A DNA stretch of 63,981 bases, counting the filler, from Octopus bimaculoides (lineage: Eukaryota), in NCBI RefSeq assembly GCF_001194135.2. It is 5 parts of 5 records of this genome, joined end to end, with 100 filler letters (N's around TTAATTAATTAA, not from the genome) between each part and the next. Parts side by side here need not be neighbours in the genome. Positions count along the whole stretch, not along the records: positions 1 to 20,193 come from NC_069003.1; 4 more parts are not named here. One strand, 5' to 3'. Positions 1 through 12,951 of the stretch are shown here, one piece after another. The first letter of the stretch is position 1. Each line of letters opens with the position of its first letter. The notes beneath the pieces were generated by a model. That model was given only the letters and a program-made list of their open reading frames with translations. It did no database searches and was not told the DNA's origin. The position numbers and the translations under genes are program-made.

Positions 1-1023
1 GAGAGTGGGTATAAGAAACAGAAAACTACTTGAAACGATTGACAACAGACAAATAAATTAAAAAAAACAAAGACCCAACACTGCATTCTCCCCTGTACTT
101 GTCAAGACCCCCCCCACCAACTTGGCACCAACTTTCTATGATGTTAAGAAGTGCAGCAATCGTTGCCCCATTTGCAAGACATAGCAGCTAAATGCCTTTC
201 AAATTTGTGGCAAACCACCTTGAAAACAGATGGGATATTGATTGTTGAAAAGCTGGTCATACATCAATCCTTGTCTATCAAGGAGAGGGGGGGGGGGCTT
301 GCCCTGGTTCTGAGAAAAAACAACAACACAGCAATAAATAAATTACGTCCATGCACTTGTGGTTTCTTGATCATATCTACCATTCCCTGAAGCAAATACA
401 CTCATTTGTTAGGACCAGAGGCCTTCATATCTTTTTTTTCTATTCACTGGATCTCACAGATCAGCAATGAACGAATCAGGAACAAACGAGGATAGATGGA
501 CTGCAATTAGTAAATGAGAGCCCCATGACAAGTGTCTATTGGACGAATCAGTGGGTCACTGTATTACTTCTTCTTGAAGACCACATCAAAATGAAATTTC
601 ATTTTTTATAACCGGACACACGGACACACAGTCTCTGTAATGTTCCATTTCCTGTCAGAGTTATACCTCATGAAAGAGGAATCAGAAATTCCAGTCTGTT
701 CACATTCTTTTACTGGTTTCAATCACTGGACTATGGCCATGCTGGGACACCACCTTCAGGAAAAGTGTTAATTGTATCAAGTGTAGTGTTGGTAGTAAAC
801 TGTAATATTTTTATTGACTCCAGAAAGATGTTAGGCAAGTTTAGCTTGAATAGGATATGAACTCAGAACAGGAGGAGATAAAACCTGTTTGGTACAAAGT
901 TACAAATAACATGAAAAGAGGATGGAAGGTGGAAGTCCATAAAATAGAGAAATATTCCAACAAGTAACAAAGATGAAAGACAAGTTTTATGGCATCGATT
1001 AATGCATAAAAATTCCAACAGAC

Positions 1024-1170
1024 CTGGTTATATGTACAGTTTGTCTTCTTACACTTGCCACATTTAATGAGATCAGTGACACTTCCAGATGTCTGAGCTA
1101 TCTGATGTTCATTAATGGCTTCTTTGGTTAATTTGCTCCGCAATAACTTCATAGCGTCACTGGCCATCTC
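1024..1170 (-). CDS. TCEA1: TFIIS exon 7 (EMASDAMK...[13 protein letters not shown]); the final Zn-ribbon exon lies beyond the left edge
   Basis: 147 nt, phase 0-0, CAG acceptor and CAG|GTCTGT donor; includes the first CxxC of the Zn ribbon. No exon encoding QTRSADEP was found in 1-1023. Confidence 0.95.
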
Positions 1171-2768
1171 CTGCACAGAAACATTTATTCTGAGTTAGAG
1201 TTGTAAACGAAATATGAATTACTGGTCAATGGAAGTAGTCTCAACTTGAATGAAACAAATGAGAAAGAGAGAAGAAAGATCCACAAAATAATTATCTGAA
1301 TTTACAACAAAGTATCAATTAATTTTGTTCTTAATCAATCAGGCTGGATAATAAACCTCAAAAGCTTTCATCTTCCTCAGACATAATCCAAAATTAGAAC
1401 AATTTTTTTACAAGCTTTTACTTTCAGGTTAAAATCTACATCTGACTTTTGGTTAGACATTGGGGAACATCCACCAGTCTTCTGTTGTGTTTCTTGGAAG
1501 AAACCCACAACCCACATTTGTCTTTGGAATGGTCATATATTGTTTCAATACCATGTTGTAGATTAGCTTCTGTTCAAACCTGACCAAGCAGATCTGATTA
1601 CAAAAACATCTTTCAGATGTGAAACTGTTGTCTTTTTTAGCAAAACTTAAGATCCTATCAGGGTCTGTCATCAGAATATAGAAACCCAGTCTCTACAACA
1701 TACAGTATCCAATTTCAGAACTAGGTTGTTATGCAATTCACTGCTAAGATGGAGGTTATTTTCAATGCAGATAAAGAAACGAGATAGGACACCAAATATG
1801 AGCGATAGTAGAAGAAAAAGAAAAAAACCTATTCTGATAGAACTATGTGACAGATAAATTATGGACATGAAATTGTACAGCTAAAGAAGAGAAGAAGGAG
1901 AAGGAGAAGAAGAAGAAGAAGGAGAAGAAGAAAAAGGAGAAGAAGAAGGCGATGATGATGATGATGATGATGATGGGAGGATTCGACATACAACTGGAAC
2001 AGAAAGTGTTCTGTTGCTGAATCAGTATAGTGATTGCACAACCAAATAAAGATACAGCAGTTCCTTGTGTATGAGTTGTATTATTATCTTGTGGTTGATT
2101 AATTCAGAAAAAAACTGGGGGGGGGGGACTTATAAACAGAGCAAAACTAAAACTATGAGAGGAAAAAAATATTTTGCAGCAAGATTTAACAGCATATTAA
2201 GGGTGCAATGCATAGACAGGTAAATATATAATGCATAGACACAGGTAAATATAGTATCTTGATGAAACTGTCAATGGTTTTGCTGTTCTTTTTTTATCCC
2301 AATGTGAGCACTTTAATAATGCCAAACATCAAGAATGTTCCATGTTACAGGATCTGTCGTCCAACCTGCAGAATTCTTGGAATTCTCACCATCATCTAAT
2401 GCCCTTGTTTCATGCTGAGATGGTTTGAGAGGGTCTGATGGGCTCAAAGATTGCACCCGGCTCCACTGTCTGCTCTGGCATAGCTTCTAGGGATGGATAC
2501 TGTTCTTAACGCCAATCACTTCACAGAGTGTACTGGTGTTTTTTTGTTTTTTTTTAATGTCATCAGCACTAGGGGCCAACTTGTATGCTAGGAGAATAAG
2601 GAGTTGAGAAGGGTAAAGTATGGAAGAAACAAAGAAAAAAAAAAGGCTGGAGAAGAACAGGTTTCTTGTTGAGGAGAAGCTAAAATGACTTAGAAATGAT
2701 TTGGAAAAGTCAAGAAATAAGACAGGCAATGATTGTGGAGAATTAGAAGAAGGAATAGGTGTTGTTAC

Positions 2769-2923
2769 CTCAGCGGTCATTCCAGCCATTCGACAGGGGT
2801 CGATGATGCCCTGCAACACACTTTCCCGCAGTTGAGGGTTCTTCGGATCCTTTAGATTGGCCACACGACTTCGAACACGATTTTTGTACTTCATGTCAGT
2901 GTTTCGGAATTCTTGGTAGATAG
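2769..2923 (-). CDS. TCEA1: TFIIS exon 6 ([52 protein letters not shown])
   Basis: Highly conserved domain II sequence; GAG|GTAACA donor; 5' boundary inferred from reading frame. Confidence 0.92.
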
Positions 2924-2979
2924 TTACATTCGGTTAAGAAATACATTGAAGATCAAGTAATAAAAGACACAAAATGATG

Positions 2980-3039
<60 letters not shown>

Positions 3040-3062
3040 TACTGGACATCACAGAAGAGATG

Positions 3063-3140
<78 letters not shown>

Positions 3141-3245
3141 TATACTGGACATCACAGAAGAGATGATATGAGAGAGAGAGAGCACAGAACGTTTGCAAAT
3201 GAGTGAGTACAAAAAGTTTTAAGAAATGGTACATCTAAAGGATAT
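2924..3245 (-). other. U12-type (minor spliceosome) intron of TFIIS, apparent AT-AA termini
   Basis: 5' end ATATCCTTT (3245-3237), branch site TTTCTTAAC (2941-2933), only 9 nt from the end of the branch motif to the frame-restoring 3' end; no usable GT-AG alternative. Confidence 0.85.
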
Positions 3246-3299
3246 AATCTTCAATTTCTGAAGCAATTTCAGGCATTGGTTTGACACCAGGAGGGGGAT
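3246..3299 (-). CDS. TCEA1: TFIIS exon 5 (NPPPGVKPMPEIASEIED)
   Basis: TTTTCAG acceptor, 54 nt, followed directly by the U12 donor ATATCCTTT; joins exons 4 and 6 in frame, giving EIEDSIYQE (human QIEEAIYQE). Confidence 0.88.
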
Positions 3300-3917
3300 C
3301 TGAAAATAAAGGAGAGTTTAGCAATTAGTGCAGCAGGAATTTATTTATTGCTCACAGGGGGCTAAACATAGAGTGGGACAAACAAGGATAGACAAAGGGG
3401 TTAAGTCGATTACATCAAACCCAGTGTGTAACTGGTACTTATTTAATCGACTCCGAAAATGCTGAAAGGCAGAGTCGAACTCAGTGGAATTTCATTATCA
3501 TATCATCCACTTTCTCATGCTTGGATGGGTCACACAATTTATTGAGGCAGATTTTCTATGGCTGGATACCCTTCCTTCACTTGTTTCAAAGCAAAGTTAT
3601 ATTACCCCATGGCCAGACATGTTTTCCACAGAAGACTGGAAATGAAGGACACTGCATGAACGATGGTAACATTTGCTTACAACCACCATGCAATGTCAAG
3701 ATTAAAGCACATGCAGTGGGTTCCATACAGTTTCCATCTATCAAATCCACTCACAAAATGTTGGTTGGCCTGGAACTATAGCAGAAAGCACTAGCCCAAA
3801 GTGCCACAGAGTGGGACAGAACCTGAGAACACGTGGCTGGGAAGCAAGCCTCTTAAGCACACAGCCACACCAGTGAGTGATAGAACGAAGCAGAAATAAC
3901 AAATAAATGCCACTCAC

Positions 3918-4136
3918 TGTCTACTTTTAAAGCATTGAAGAGAAGCTCCCGGCATTTGAGACGTATAGGGTCACTTGTGTCATTTGGTTTAGTGCCAGAC
4001 TGGCCACCTTTGGCATCACCTTCCATTTTCTTGTTGACATCATGAGAATTACTGTCCGTGCTGTCACGTGAAGATTCATCTGTTTTGTTGACACTGTTGC
4101 TTCTAGCAGAAGACTGTGATGATGATGATGATGATT
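3918..4136 (-). CDS. TCEA1: TFIIS exon 4 (Ser-rich linker then TSDPIRLKCRELLFNALKVD)
   Basis: 219 nt, phase 1-1, open frame, CAG acceptor and GTGAGT donor; start of domain II (human SDSVRLKCREMLAAAL). Confidence 0.92.
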
Positions 4137-4284
4137 CTGGAGGTTAAACAAGAGGAGAAAGAAAAAAAAGAAACGATTTAAGAGATTCTGAAATCACATA
4201 TATTTAACAAGACAACAGCATGACAATGCTCACACCAACAAGAACAAGAACAAGAACAACAGCAGAGGGAATGTCGTTACTCAC

Positions 4285-4411
4285 TGGAATTTGTGCTTTC
4301 TCCTGGTAAGAGTTTCTTCCAACTTTTAATCAATGCCTTGGACAGACTGATCACCTCATCGGCATTACTGGACTTACGGAAGTTATTTACTGTCATTCCA
4401 ATTCTGGTTTT
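4285..4411 (-). CDS. TCEA1: TFIIS exon 3 ([42 protein letters not shown])
   Basis: TTTTCCAG acceptor, A|GTGAGT donor, 127 nt; carries the TRIG...LIKSWKKLL signature of domain I. Confidence 0.95.
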
Positions 4412-7176
4412 CTGGAAAATGATGGGCAGCAGTGAATATCTCTCGATAATTTGGAGTACAATAGCTTTCTTGATGCCTACAGAGCCCATGCCATATTTTA
4501 TAGAAAATCCCTACCATTCTTTCAATAAGATATTAAATGAAACAAAAAACAAAAAGGCATTAATACTGGATAATTGAATTCACATTACCTGGTGTAGCAT
4601 CTAATGTGTTGCAATATATAGTTTTTGTACTGACCTATTCAAGAAAGCTACGTCCAAACATATATGTTGTTAGAAACAGCAAAAGAATTTGAGGCAGCAG
4701 ATTTGAATATATCGTAGCAGCACCCTCTCACCATAATTCCTTCAAATTTCAACTTTTAAGTGAGGATTTGAAGTGATTTTAAATAAACTTTTATAATCAA
4801 CTGCCAGAAATCCTGTTGGTTTTTAATTAACTGTCAATAAATTTTGTAGTCAATAATTATATTTCCCCTTTTCAAATCTGATGAAAAGAAATCTTCTCTT
4901 GTAGCTTCTTAGGATTTCAGAGATTCTAACAAGAAGCAGAGAAGATTTCTGAATATCAATGTGGATGTCAACTTCAAAATCCAGCTCAGATTCTAGAAAG
5001 TCATTATTCAAAATCAGGGAACAGTCAAAAATCACTATGAAACAGCCATGTTGAGGTGACGATAAACGTTATTGTTTAATTATTGTTAAATAAGATATTT
5101 TCCATGGTTTGCATTTCAAAACTTTCACAGGAAAACAAATCCGCTTCAATTCCTCTTCTTTTTTTGATGTCATTTGAATGAAACTGCCAAATTCCCTTTC
5201 TTTGGACCAGCTGAGTTGTAATGGTAGAAGCACCAAAGATATCGCAGCAATCGCATGGGGGGGGGGGGGCATGCGCCCGTAACAGCTGCACCTACCATTT
5301 GTTGTTGATTCCTTACTAATCATGGCAGGCGACAACCCTCCCACCTATGGGTCTGTCAGTTTGGACAGTTGTGGCTGCTGAGGGGTTTGCAAGGTCAGAG
5401 TACAAGTCCAACCTGAACCTCTTTCGGTAGTCTTTTACAACACAGAGGAAATGCTGATCCCCACACAGCACTGGAGTGGTGTGAAATGGAGTGTTTTGCT
5501 CAAGAACACAACATGCTGCCCAGCCTGGGAATTGAACCCAGGATCTGGTGATCGAGATTGCAACAAGGTTCCACTTTCCTATCATTGGCAATATCCTAAA
5601 TAGATGGCATCAGTGTTACAGTAATGTGGGAAGGAGACAGCTTCAACATTTTTTTTATCATTATTTCTTAGAAACTGAAAAGAAGCCCATGGTATGTGTG
5701 TGTAGCCTTGTCTTGACTTCCTGTGATGATGCTAAATGAGCTTCAGAGCCATTCCAAGTGATGTGTTCATTTCCATTCTTCCATATGAAATATGTCAGCT
5801 ATAAGGAAACATTACCTTATTTGGAAATAGGAGAGAGGGTTGGCAACAGGAATGGTTATCTGGCTGTGGAAAATCTGCCTCAACAAATTCCCTCTGACCC
5901 ATGCCAGCACGGTAAAGTGGACATATGATGATGATGAAGAGGATGAATCTGCAGTCCACAGTTTGTGAGCCAATCTCTTTTGGCATTCATCAATGAGTGC
6001 ATCATCACACGTGATGTTTACTTTATAATACGGCACCTGTGTTGTATTCCCAATATGCAGTTTAAATGTCTAAACCATTTTTGGAATCCATGTTAATCTG
6101 TCAAATCTGATGTGCATTTATTCACATGTTTTGAATTAATCCTGCATTATCTCACAGCTTTCAGATTTCAATGACTCTTTATTCCTAGACTAATGACTAA
6201 TGATCAATCAAGCTCACACACCATCTTCCCTCTCTAAGTACAATAATTTTTTCTTTAAATGATTTGTGTTTTCACTTTTTTGGAGAGTAAACCCCTAAAA
6301 AAATCCCAGCTTTGGATCTGACATGAGTATTAAAATGGTCAAGAACTACTCGGCCAGATAGTCTGTATCTAAAATGGTTTATATTTGGTTGAATCACAGC
6401 ACAAAATTCTCAAATCAACTGCAAAAGTAGAACTACATCTTTAGAGAATGGTACTGGTGACAGAAAGGGACCCTAGCCACTCCTTCCCCACCACACATTA
6501 CAGTGTCTACCATTTTCAGGCATTCTTTTATTCATTCAATCAGTGAACTGTGGCCATGCTGGGGCACCATCATAAAAAGTTCCAGTCTATCATTATCAAC
6601 TCCAGGGCTTATTTCAAATTGTTATCAATCCCTTTAAACAGTTATCTCAGGATGTAAAGTGATGCACACACACACGTGTATCAGACATGGCTGTGTGGCA
6701 CCTTTGGCAAGTATCTTCTACACCAGCCCTCAGCTGACTAAGTGAATTTAGTAGATGGAAACTAAAAGAAGCCCAATGTGTGTGTTCATGTGTCTTTGCC
6801 TTTACATCAAGTGACTGTTGTTAATGAATGCCATTCAACTCCAATACTTTGCAAAAACATGTCTGGCCATGCGGAAACATTACCTCATTTGGAAAGAGCA
6901 ACGGAAAGGACATCTGGCTGTAGAAAGTTGGTCTGGATAAACTCGGACCGACCGATGCCAGCAAAGAAAAGATGATGAGAAATATACATAGCATATGTGA
7001 TGGGCTTCACCAACCATATTTCACGCTCAAGTCATTGGTTAGCCTGCCCACAGTGCTATGGAGTGGGACTGAACCCAGAACCATTTGATTGTGAAACAAA
7101 CTTTCAACCACATGGGCTATGCCAACCTCACACACCGAAAGAGGCTGGTCTAGTGAATGGAATGAAAGAGACTCAC

Positions 7177-7245
7177 CTGGAGCACATCTAGAGTCATAGG
7201 TAAATCCTGTAAGGATTTGAGGAGGTCTACTGAAGCAGCATGGTC
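7177..7245 (-). CDS. TCEA1: TFIIS exon 2 (DHAASVDLLKSLQDLPMTLDVLQ)
   Basis: Polypyrimidine-CAG acceptor and CAG|GTGAGT donor, 69 nt, phase 0-0; matches TFIIS domain I (ALDLLKELKNIPMTLELLQ). Not in the ORF track. Confidence 0.93.
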
Positions 7246-8573
7246 CTGTTGGAAAAAAGAGAGCAACGATTGATCAGCCTGATGCCAACAACAATAAACA
7301 AACAAAAACAAGCACATCTAATACAAATCATCCTTCTTGTTAAGACAAATTGCTCAATGCATCAGGCTCCCTAATTTTTATCAAGAGTGGGCTTGCTTCC
7401 ATGGTTTGCTAGTCCCCAGTTGAACCGTCCAACCCATTCCAGCATGGAAAACGGACATTAAACGACGATGATGGTTTTAGAGAAAGGTAAAATGTATGTG
7501 TGTGTGTGTAGCTATAGAAATGAAGAACAAGACAAAATAATTGAAGCTTGTGACAAAAAAAAAAAAAAAAAAAGTTTGCCTTTTTCCCCATTCTATTTTG
7601 AGAATGCAGAGCTGTAGGATGTTATGTCCACTTGAAATGTGAATATGACAACACTATTCTTGTCATTCAATCTCAAACGAGGAGCAGAAAAGACAATTTC
7701 CACACACACATTTATGACTGCACAGTTATAGCTATACACACGGGTGTGTGTGTATATATAGTTCATTTTTATGCCTGTTTGTCTATGCTATGTTGGGTTA
7801 ACCCAGCCATTCTCAATATTACAATATAATGAGACGTGATGTGCAGGGGCAATTTGTTCAACTATACCTTTCAAGGTGGTAGTGCCTCACAGCATGGCTG
7901 CAGTCCAATGTCTGAACAAATAAAAGAGAGGGAAAGAAGACAGTATATTGCTAAACACACTGTGCCAGAAAGGATGGGATTATAACAAGGAGAACATCTT
8001 TGATCACAGGTTTGTTATATCAAGGCTGAGATAAGATGTTACATGGTTGCTCAATGTGTTAGAAATAGCAGCCAGATCGCTCTTAAATTGCATTGTAATG
8101 TTTTTGAAAAGGAAAGATGCACTGAGTAGTCTAGCCCTTAATTGAAAAGGCAAAAGAAACTGGACTCCAGTTGGAATGTCTTTGAACACATTAATTCAAT
8201 GAAGGCTAAACAACACTGACGTCTGGTTGACAGTGGTACCTTCTGAGAGACAACATGGGAAGGATATAACTGTTCATAATTATGTGTAATGAAGTCGTCC
8301 AGGGTAGACCAGTCTACAACAATACGTTACAATTTCAAGTATTTCCTGAGAGCGGAACTGTTAGTGTTTTTTAAAGTTGAGTGATTCTTAGAAACTGAGA
8401 GATGCTCAAAGAAATTATCAGAATTAATAAGCAGAGAACTGTTCTAGGAAAGAACATTACAAAATGCGTTATCCAGGGAAGCAAGAATGCATGAGTGTGT
8501 GTGCGATTTAAAACATGTACTTCCCAACCACATGGCTCTGGGTTCAATTCCACTGTGTGGCACCGTGGGCAAG

Positions 8574-8855
8574 ACGAGGCGATGACTACGGACCGAGACC
8601 TTTGGAAATGGGCTGTGCGTGAGAAGACCCGGCAAGCCAAGTAAGATCGTTGCCAGTGCCCCTGGACTGGTTCTTGTGCGGGTGGCACATGAGATGCACC
8701 ATTTTGAGCGTGGCCGTTGCCAGTACCGCCTGACTGGCTCCTGTAGGATTTTCGAGCGAGATCGTTGCCAGTGCCCCTGGACTGGCTTGTGCGGGTGGCA
8801 CATAAAAGACACCATTTCGAGCGTGGCCGTTTTCGTGCGGGTGACACGTAAAAGC
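8574..8855 (+). mobile_element. RTE LINE 3' fragment (same family as 18363-19047), ends at a gap
   Basis: Near-identical to about 18555-18870. Confidence 0.88.
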
Positions 8856-9075
8856 NNNNNNNNNNNNNNNNNNNNNNNNNNNNNNNNNNNNNNNNNNNNN
8901 NNNNNNNNNNNNNNNNNNNNNNNNNNNNNNNNNNNNNNNNNNNNNNNNNNNNNNNNNNNNNNNNNNNNNNNNNNNNNNNNNNNNNNNNNNNNNNNNNNNN
9001 NNNNNNNNNNNNNNNNNNNNNNNNNNNNNNNNNNNNNNNNNNNNNNNNNNNNNNNNNNNNNNNNNNNNNNNNNNN

Positions 9076-9145
<70 letters not shown>

Positions 9146-10453
9146 ACACGCGCATATTGCTAAAAAAAATTAGAGAAGTATTTGAAAACCTGCACACATT
9201 AAAATGATGGCATATGTTGCTTGTGATGAAAAAGTAACGTTCAGAGAAAAGATAGCAAATTCGATAGCTTTTCGTTTTGTTTTAAAGGAGGAAATTGAAA
9301 ACATACAATTACGATATATACACTACGGGGTGTGATAGTGGAGGGTTTTATTAGTCAAATAACGAATAGCGTAACACATTTTCCCTTTCCATACAGGTTT
9401 TTGAATCTTCCAAACCATAGAATGTTTTTTCTAGTTGTTTCTCGATAATAGACCTTGAAATATTTTTGCGACACCGGCCGGAAGAAATATACTGGACCGG
9501 GACGATTAGCAATGATTTAATCAGCAATCTGCTTGGACAATCAACAGAGGGACACGCCGTGTTCCAAGCCATTTCTATTACTACTACAACTATTCTAGCT
9601 TCTATGAACACACAGAGAAGCTCTATCCTTACTGTAACTGACCTAAGACACTCGAAATTCACTTCATATCGTCACCCTTACTTGGTAGGTGTTGCGACAG
9701 CCATAACAACTTTCACAAGGACACTGATGGCGAAAATTAAGCTAATTACAAAATTAAACAGCTTGTGTGTATGTATGCGAGCGAGCTAGTGTGACATATA
9801 AACAGCCACTTCTATCTTGGTGTTCAAAAGTGCGGAACTGTACTTGAAAAGAAAAAAAGTCTGGTCTGCTACTTCCAGGCGCCCGCAAACAACCCAAACG
9901 ATGAGCGTTAACACAAACCAAGCTGAAAAGAAAAAAACTTTTTACGTCTAAACAGAAGTTCTTATTGCTAGCATCAAATATGGCACAGGTGAATCAAAGA
10001 GCGTTTCAACTCGTCCTGCACTGAATCCAAACTGGACACCCAAGATTTCAGTCGTGCAAATAATAGGAAGTTTATTAGAAAAACGAAAGAATTCAACTTG
10101 TCTAAACTTTACGCAAACTGTATTTGCTATTTTTTTTTCTCCCCTTTGTTTATTAAAGACCGGATGATTAATTTACTTCTAAACTTATCTATCTCCGTCT
10201 CTCTCTCTCTCTTTTTACCATCATATCGGACATTTCTAGTCTTAGGTATTATAACTGTGAATAAAAGACGAAGTGGTCTCGACAGGAACGTCTTTCGACC
10301 ATAGGGTTGCTCTGTCAACACTGACGTGAGACACCAATCAATAGTTATCGAATAACAACAATATAAAAGAAGAGATCCATCGATCCGCTCCAATTTGTGT
10401 TGGTTGAGGGAGTTTTATGGCGGGTGTTGTTGGGTGGAATCTAAACATTAGCT

Positions 10454-10467
10454 ACGTCACTTCCGGT
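10454..10467. promoter_or_regulatory. Composite ETS-CRE motif (ACCGGAAGTGACGT on the minus strand) in TFIIS intron 1
   Basis: Match to the overlapping ETS/CRE promoter motif, in CpG-retaining sequence; ATGGCGG nearby at 10417-10423. Confidence 0.5.
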
Positions 10468-11559
10468 ACAGCTCTATTGCTAGCATGGAGATGAGAGAAA
10501 GAAAGAAGGATTAGAAAGAAACAAGACAGAAAAACGTAGACATTTCTGAATAAAACTGACCAAGCTGTTGGCAATAAGCAACATCAAAAATAAAAGTGAA
10601 ACGGAAATAAGACCAGCTCTAATGGGTCGTCCTAAAACAAAATAAAAGGTGCGATCTGGAGTACAAAATGGGAGGAAAGGGTTTAGTTTGTAACACCCCC
10701 ACCCACAGGGAATTTGGCGAGGGGGGATGTATTTATTTATCTGGAATTTTTTTTTCAATCATACAGTGTTTCTTCGGATAATTTAAAGTGGAGTTTCTCT
10801 TCCCAGATAAATCGTATAAAAAATTTGAGTTTTGGCATTGTGAAAAGACTAGGGCTGTATTGTTACTGCGAACTGTGACATGGGTGGACTACACTGAATC
10901 GAAAGACATAGTACGTGGGCGCTTAACCTGGTGGAAATGGCAGCCAAATCTCCCTCAAATCATGCTATCACCTTCAAAGCATGCACAAATTGAACTATGT
11001 TGTCCCAAAAAGGACTACGTCCGATTAAAAAGAAAGATTAAAGAGATGGTCACAAATGGAAAGGCTTTGATCAGGTCGATCTGGAGATAAACAAACAGCA
11101 CTTTTTTGTTTGCTTGGTAGAAAGAGAGGGGGTGGGCTTAACAAACATATTAATAATTGAAATAAATAACCCTGTCCAACAAACGAACGATAGACGACAA
11201 GAGACATAGAATTACTTTAGATGTTGATTAGAAACAATTTGCAAATTAATTAAAATTGCTTTTAAATAAACAAACAGGCAAACAAAAAAAAAAGAAAAGA
11301 GTTACAACTCATTAGTAAGATGGTGAAGAGAGTTTTAGGGCTGCTTCTTCTAATTTTGTTCATTAATGTTGCAAATAGTTGAAAGACAGCCGCCCAGTCC
11401 ATAGAAGTGGAGATCAGAATGAAGCAATGCCAAACTTTACTACCAACACACACACTTAGATGTATATATGTGTGTGTGGTGTTAAAGTTATGTAGAGATA
11501 TAGGTAGATGTATTAATGCGTGCACGATCAACGTGTGTTGTGGTGGTCGTCCTACTTAC

Positions 11560-11628
11560 CGATGTTCCACTGGATATCATCTTCTCCAGTTTTTTACCAA
11601 TCTTCAATACCTCGTCTTCGCATCCCAT
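11560..11628 (-). CDS. TCEA1: Transcription elongation factor TFIIS, coding exon 1 (MGCEDEVLKIGKKLEKMISSGTS)
   Basis: ATG at 11628, 23 codons, donor G|GTAAGT, phase 0; resembles the TFIIS N-terminus (human MEDEVVRFAKKMDKM). Confidence 0.92.
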
Positions 11629-12894
11629 CTTCGTTTTTCGACCCCGCAAAAAGATACACACAGCAAAATAAGTACGGTTATCACTTCGAATGGAGAAACT
11701 GAAGGCAAATATACCAACCGTGATGATAAACAATAAGCTTAACACTACCACCGACAACAATAATAGGAAGAAGAAGCCTGCACTTCTCTCTTCGACACAA
11801 CTCGCCCGATCTCTCACACCAGATTTTTGTTTGTGGCGGACTGAGGGAGCATTGCATCATGGGAAAATGGCGCGCGGCAAATACAGACCCTGCTCCCCTC
11901 TCTCTCTATTTATTCTCTACTCCTCCTCCTCCTCTCTCTCTCTATTTATTCTCTACTACTCCTCCTCCTCTCTCTATTTATTCTCTACTACTCCTCCTCC
12001 TCCTCTCTCTTCTTCACTGCTTGCACATGCATACACAACACACACACACATAGAAAGATCTCTTGAGTTGTTTTCCTTTTTTTGTTAACTTTCAGTCTTT
12101 AGACATATATTTATCAGTCTTAACTCGTTGAAGTTTATATATATATATATATGTATATGCAGAAAGATATAACTTTACAATTCTAATTTCTGGAGCTGAC
12201 AGTTGTTGCAGCTTTATTTAATATTTCTAATATAGGGCAGAAGCTCGCATATTTTGCAGGTAGAGAATAGTTGACTGGTGCCCCCACCTCCTACAAGGAT
12301 TAAAGTGCAAGTCGACTTTGCCGTGATTTGATCTCAGAACGTAAAGCCACGTAACCAAACACCCTAAAACCCCTAAAAGGGGTCATGCATTAGCAGAATC
12401 GGGAGATCCAATTGGATATTTTACCCTCTAACAGCTGTATTTAAAATTCACTAGAGTTAACTTAGTTTTAGAAATGAAAGACTAAGCTTTAAAGGAATTA
12501 AAAGGTTCCACTGAAGATATTCTTGGTTTCGTGTCGCCTCATGTTAGAAATAAAGTGACAACAATAACACAAATAATAAAATATATATTTCGTTTATTAT
12601 TGAATTTCATGTATTAATATTTAATAAAATATGTATGTATGCTATGTTCACAAATTAACTTTTATGAAATTATGAGATATAAAAAAAAAATTGGAATTAA
12701 AATTGTTTGACCGCATTTTGGGTTCGAGATTAAAAGCTTCACTTCCGGTTATATTGTTTATTGTTGAAAAGAAGGCAAAAGTTTGTTGTCGATCGATCGA
12801 TCTGTTGTTGGAAGATGATTATTTAAAGGAAAAAATCACCTACCCATAATTAGGCAAAGCTTTGAAACTAATAGATAAACTCTATTTGTGAAAG
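11629..12894. promoter_or_regulatory. Divergent promoter and 5' UTR region shared by TFIIS and the ICAP-1-like gene
   Basis: Start codons 1.27 kb apart, head to head; CpG retained; YY1-like AAAATGGCG at 11864-11872 and ETS CACTTCCGGT at 12740-12749. Confidence 0.7.
11896..12010. repeat. About 36-bp pyrimidine-rich tandem repeat x3 (TCTCTCTATTTATTCTCTACTACTCCTCCTCC)
   Basis: Three near-identical units visible directly. Confidence 0.9.
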
Positions 12895-12951
12895 ATGTTT
12901 AAAAAAAAAGCCAAGTCGACTCCACAACAGAACGGCAGCAAAGAAAGTGTT
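12895..12951 (+). CDS. ITGB1BP1: ICAP-1-like PTB protein, exon 1 (MFKKKAKSTPQQNGSKESV)
   Basis: AAGATG start, basic N-terminus like human MFRKGKKR, donor GTAAGT, phase 0. Confidence 0.75.

Noticed and set aside
2487-2768. ORF-track extension of the TFIIS exon 6 frame (and of exon 7 into 841-1023)
   Set aside because: Read-through into introns past clear GT donors; homology stops at the donors.
4117-4134. (TCA)6 coding microsatellite giving poly-Ser in the TFIIS linker
   Set aside because: The linker is normally low-complexity and variable; unremarkable.
10270-10335. Local stems (GTCTC/GAGAC, GACAG/CTGTC, GTC-GAAA-GAC) in TFIIS intron 1 as a snoRNA or ribozyme
   Set aside because: No H/ACA or C/D box arrangement and no ribozyme core could be assigned.
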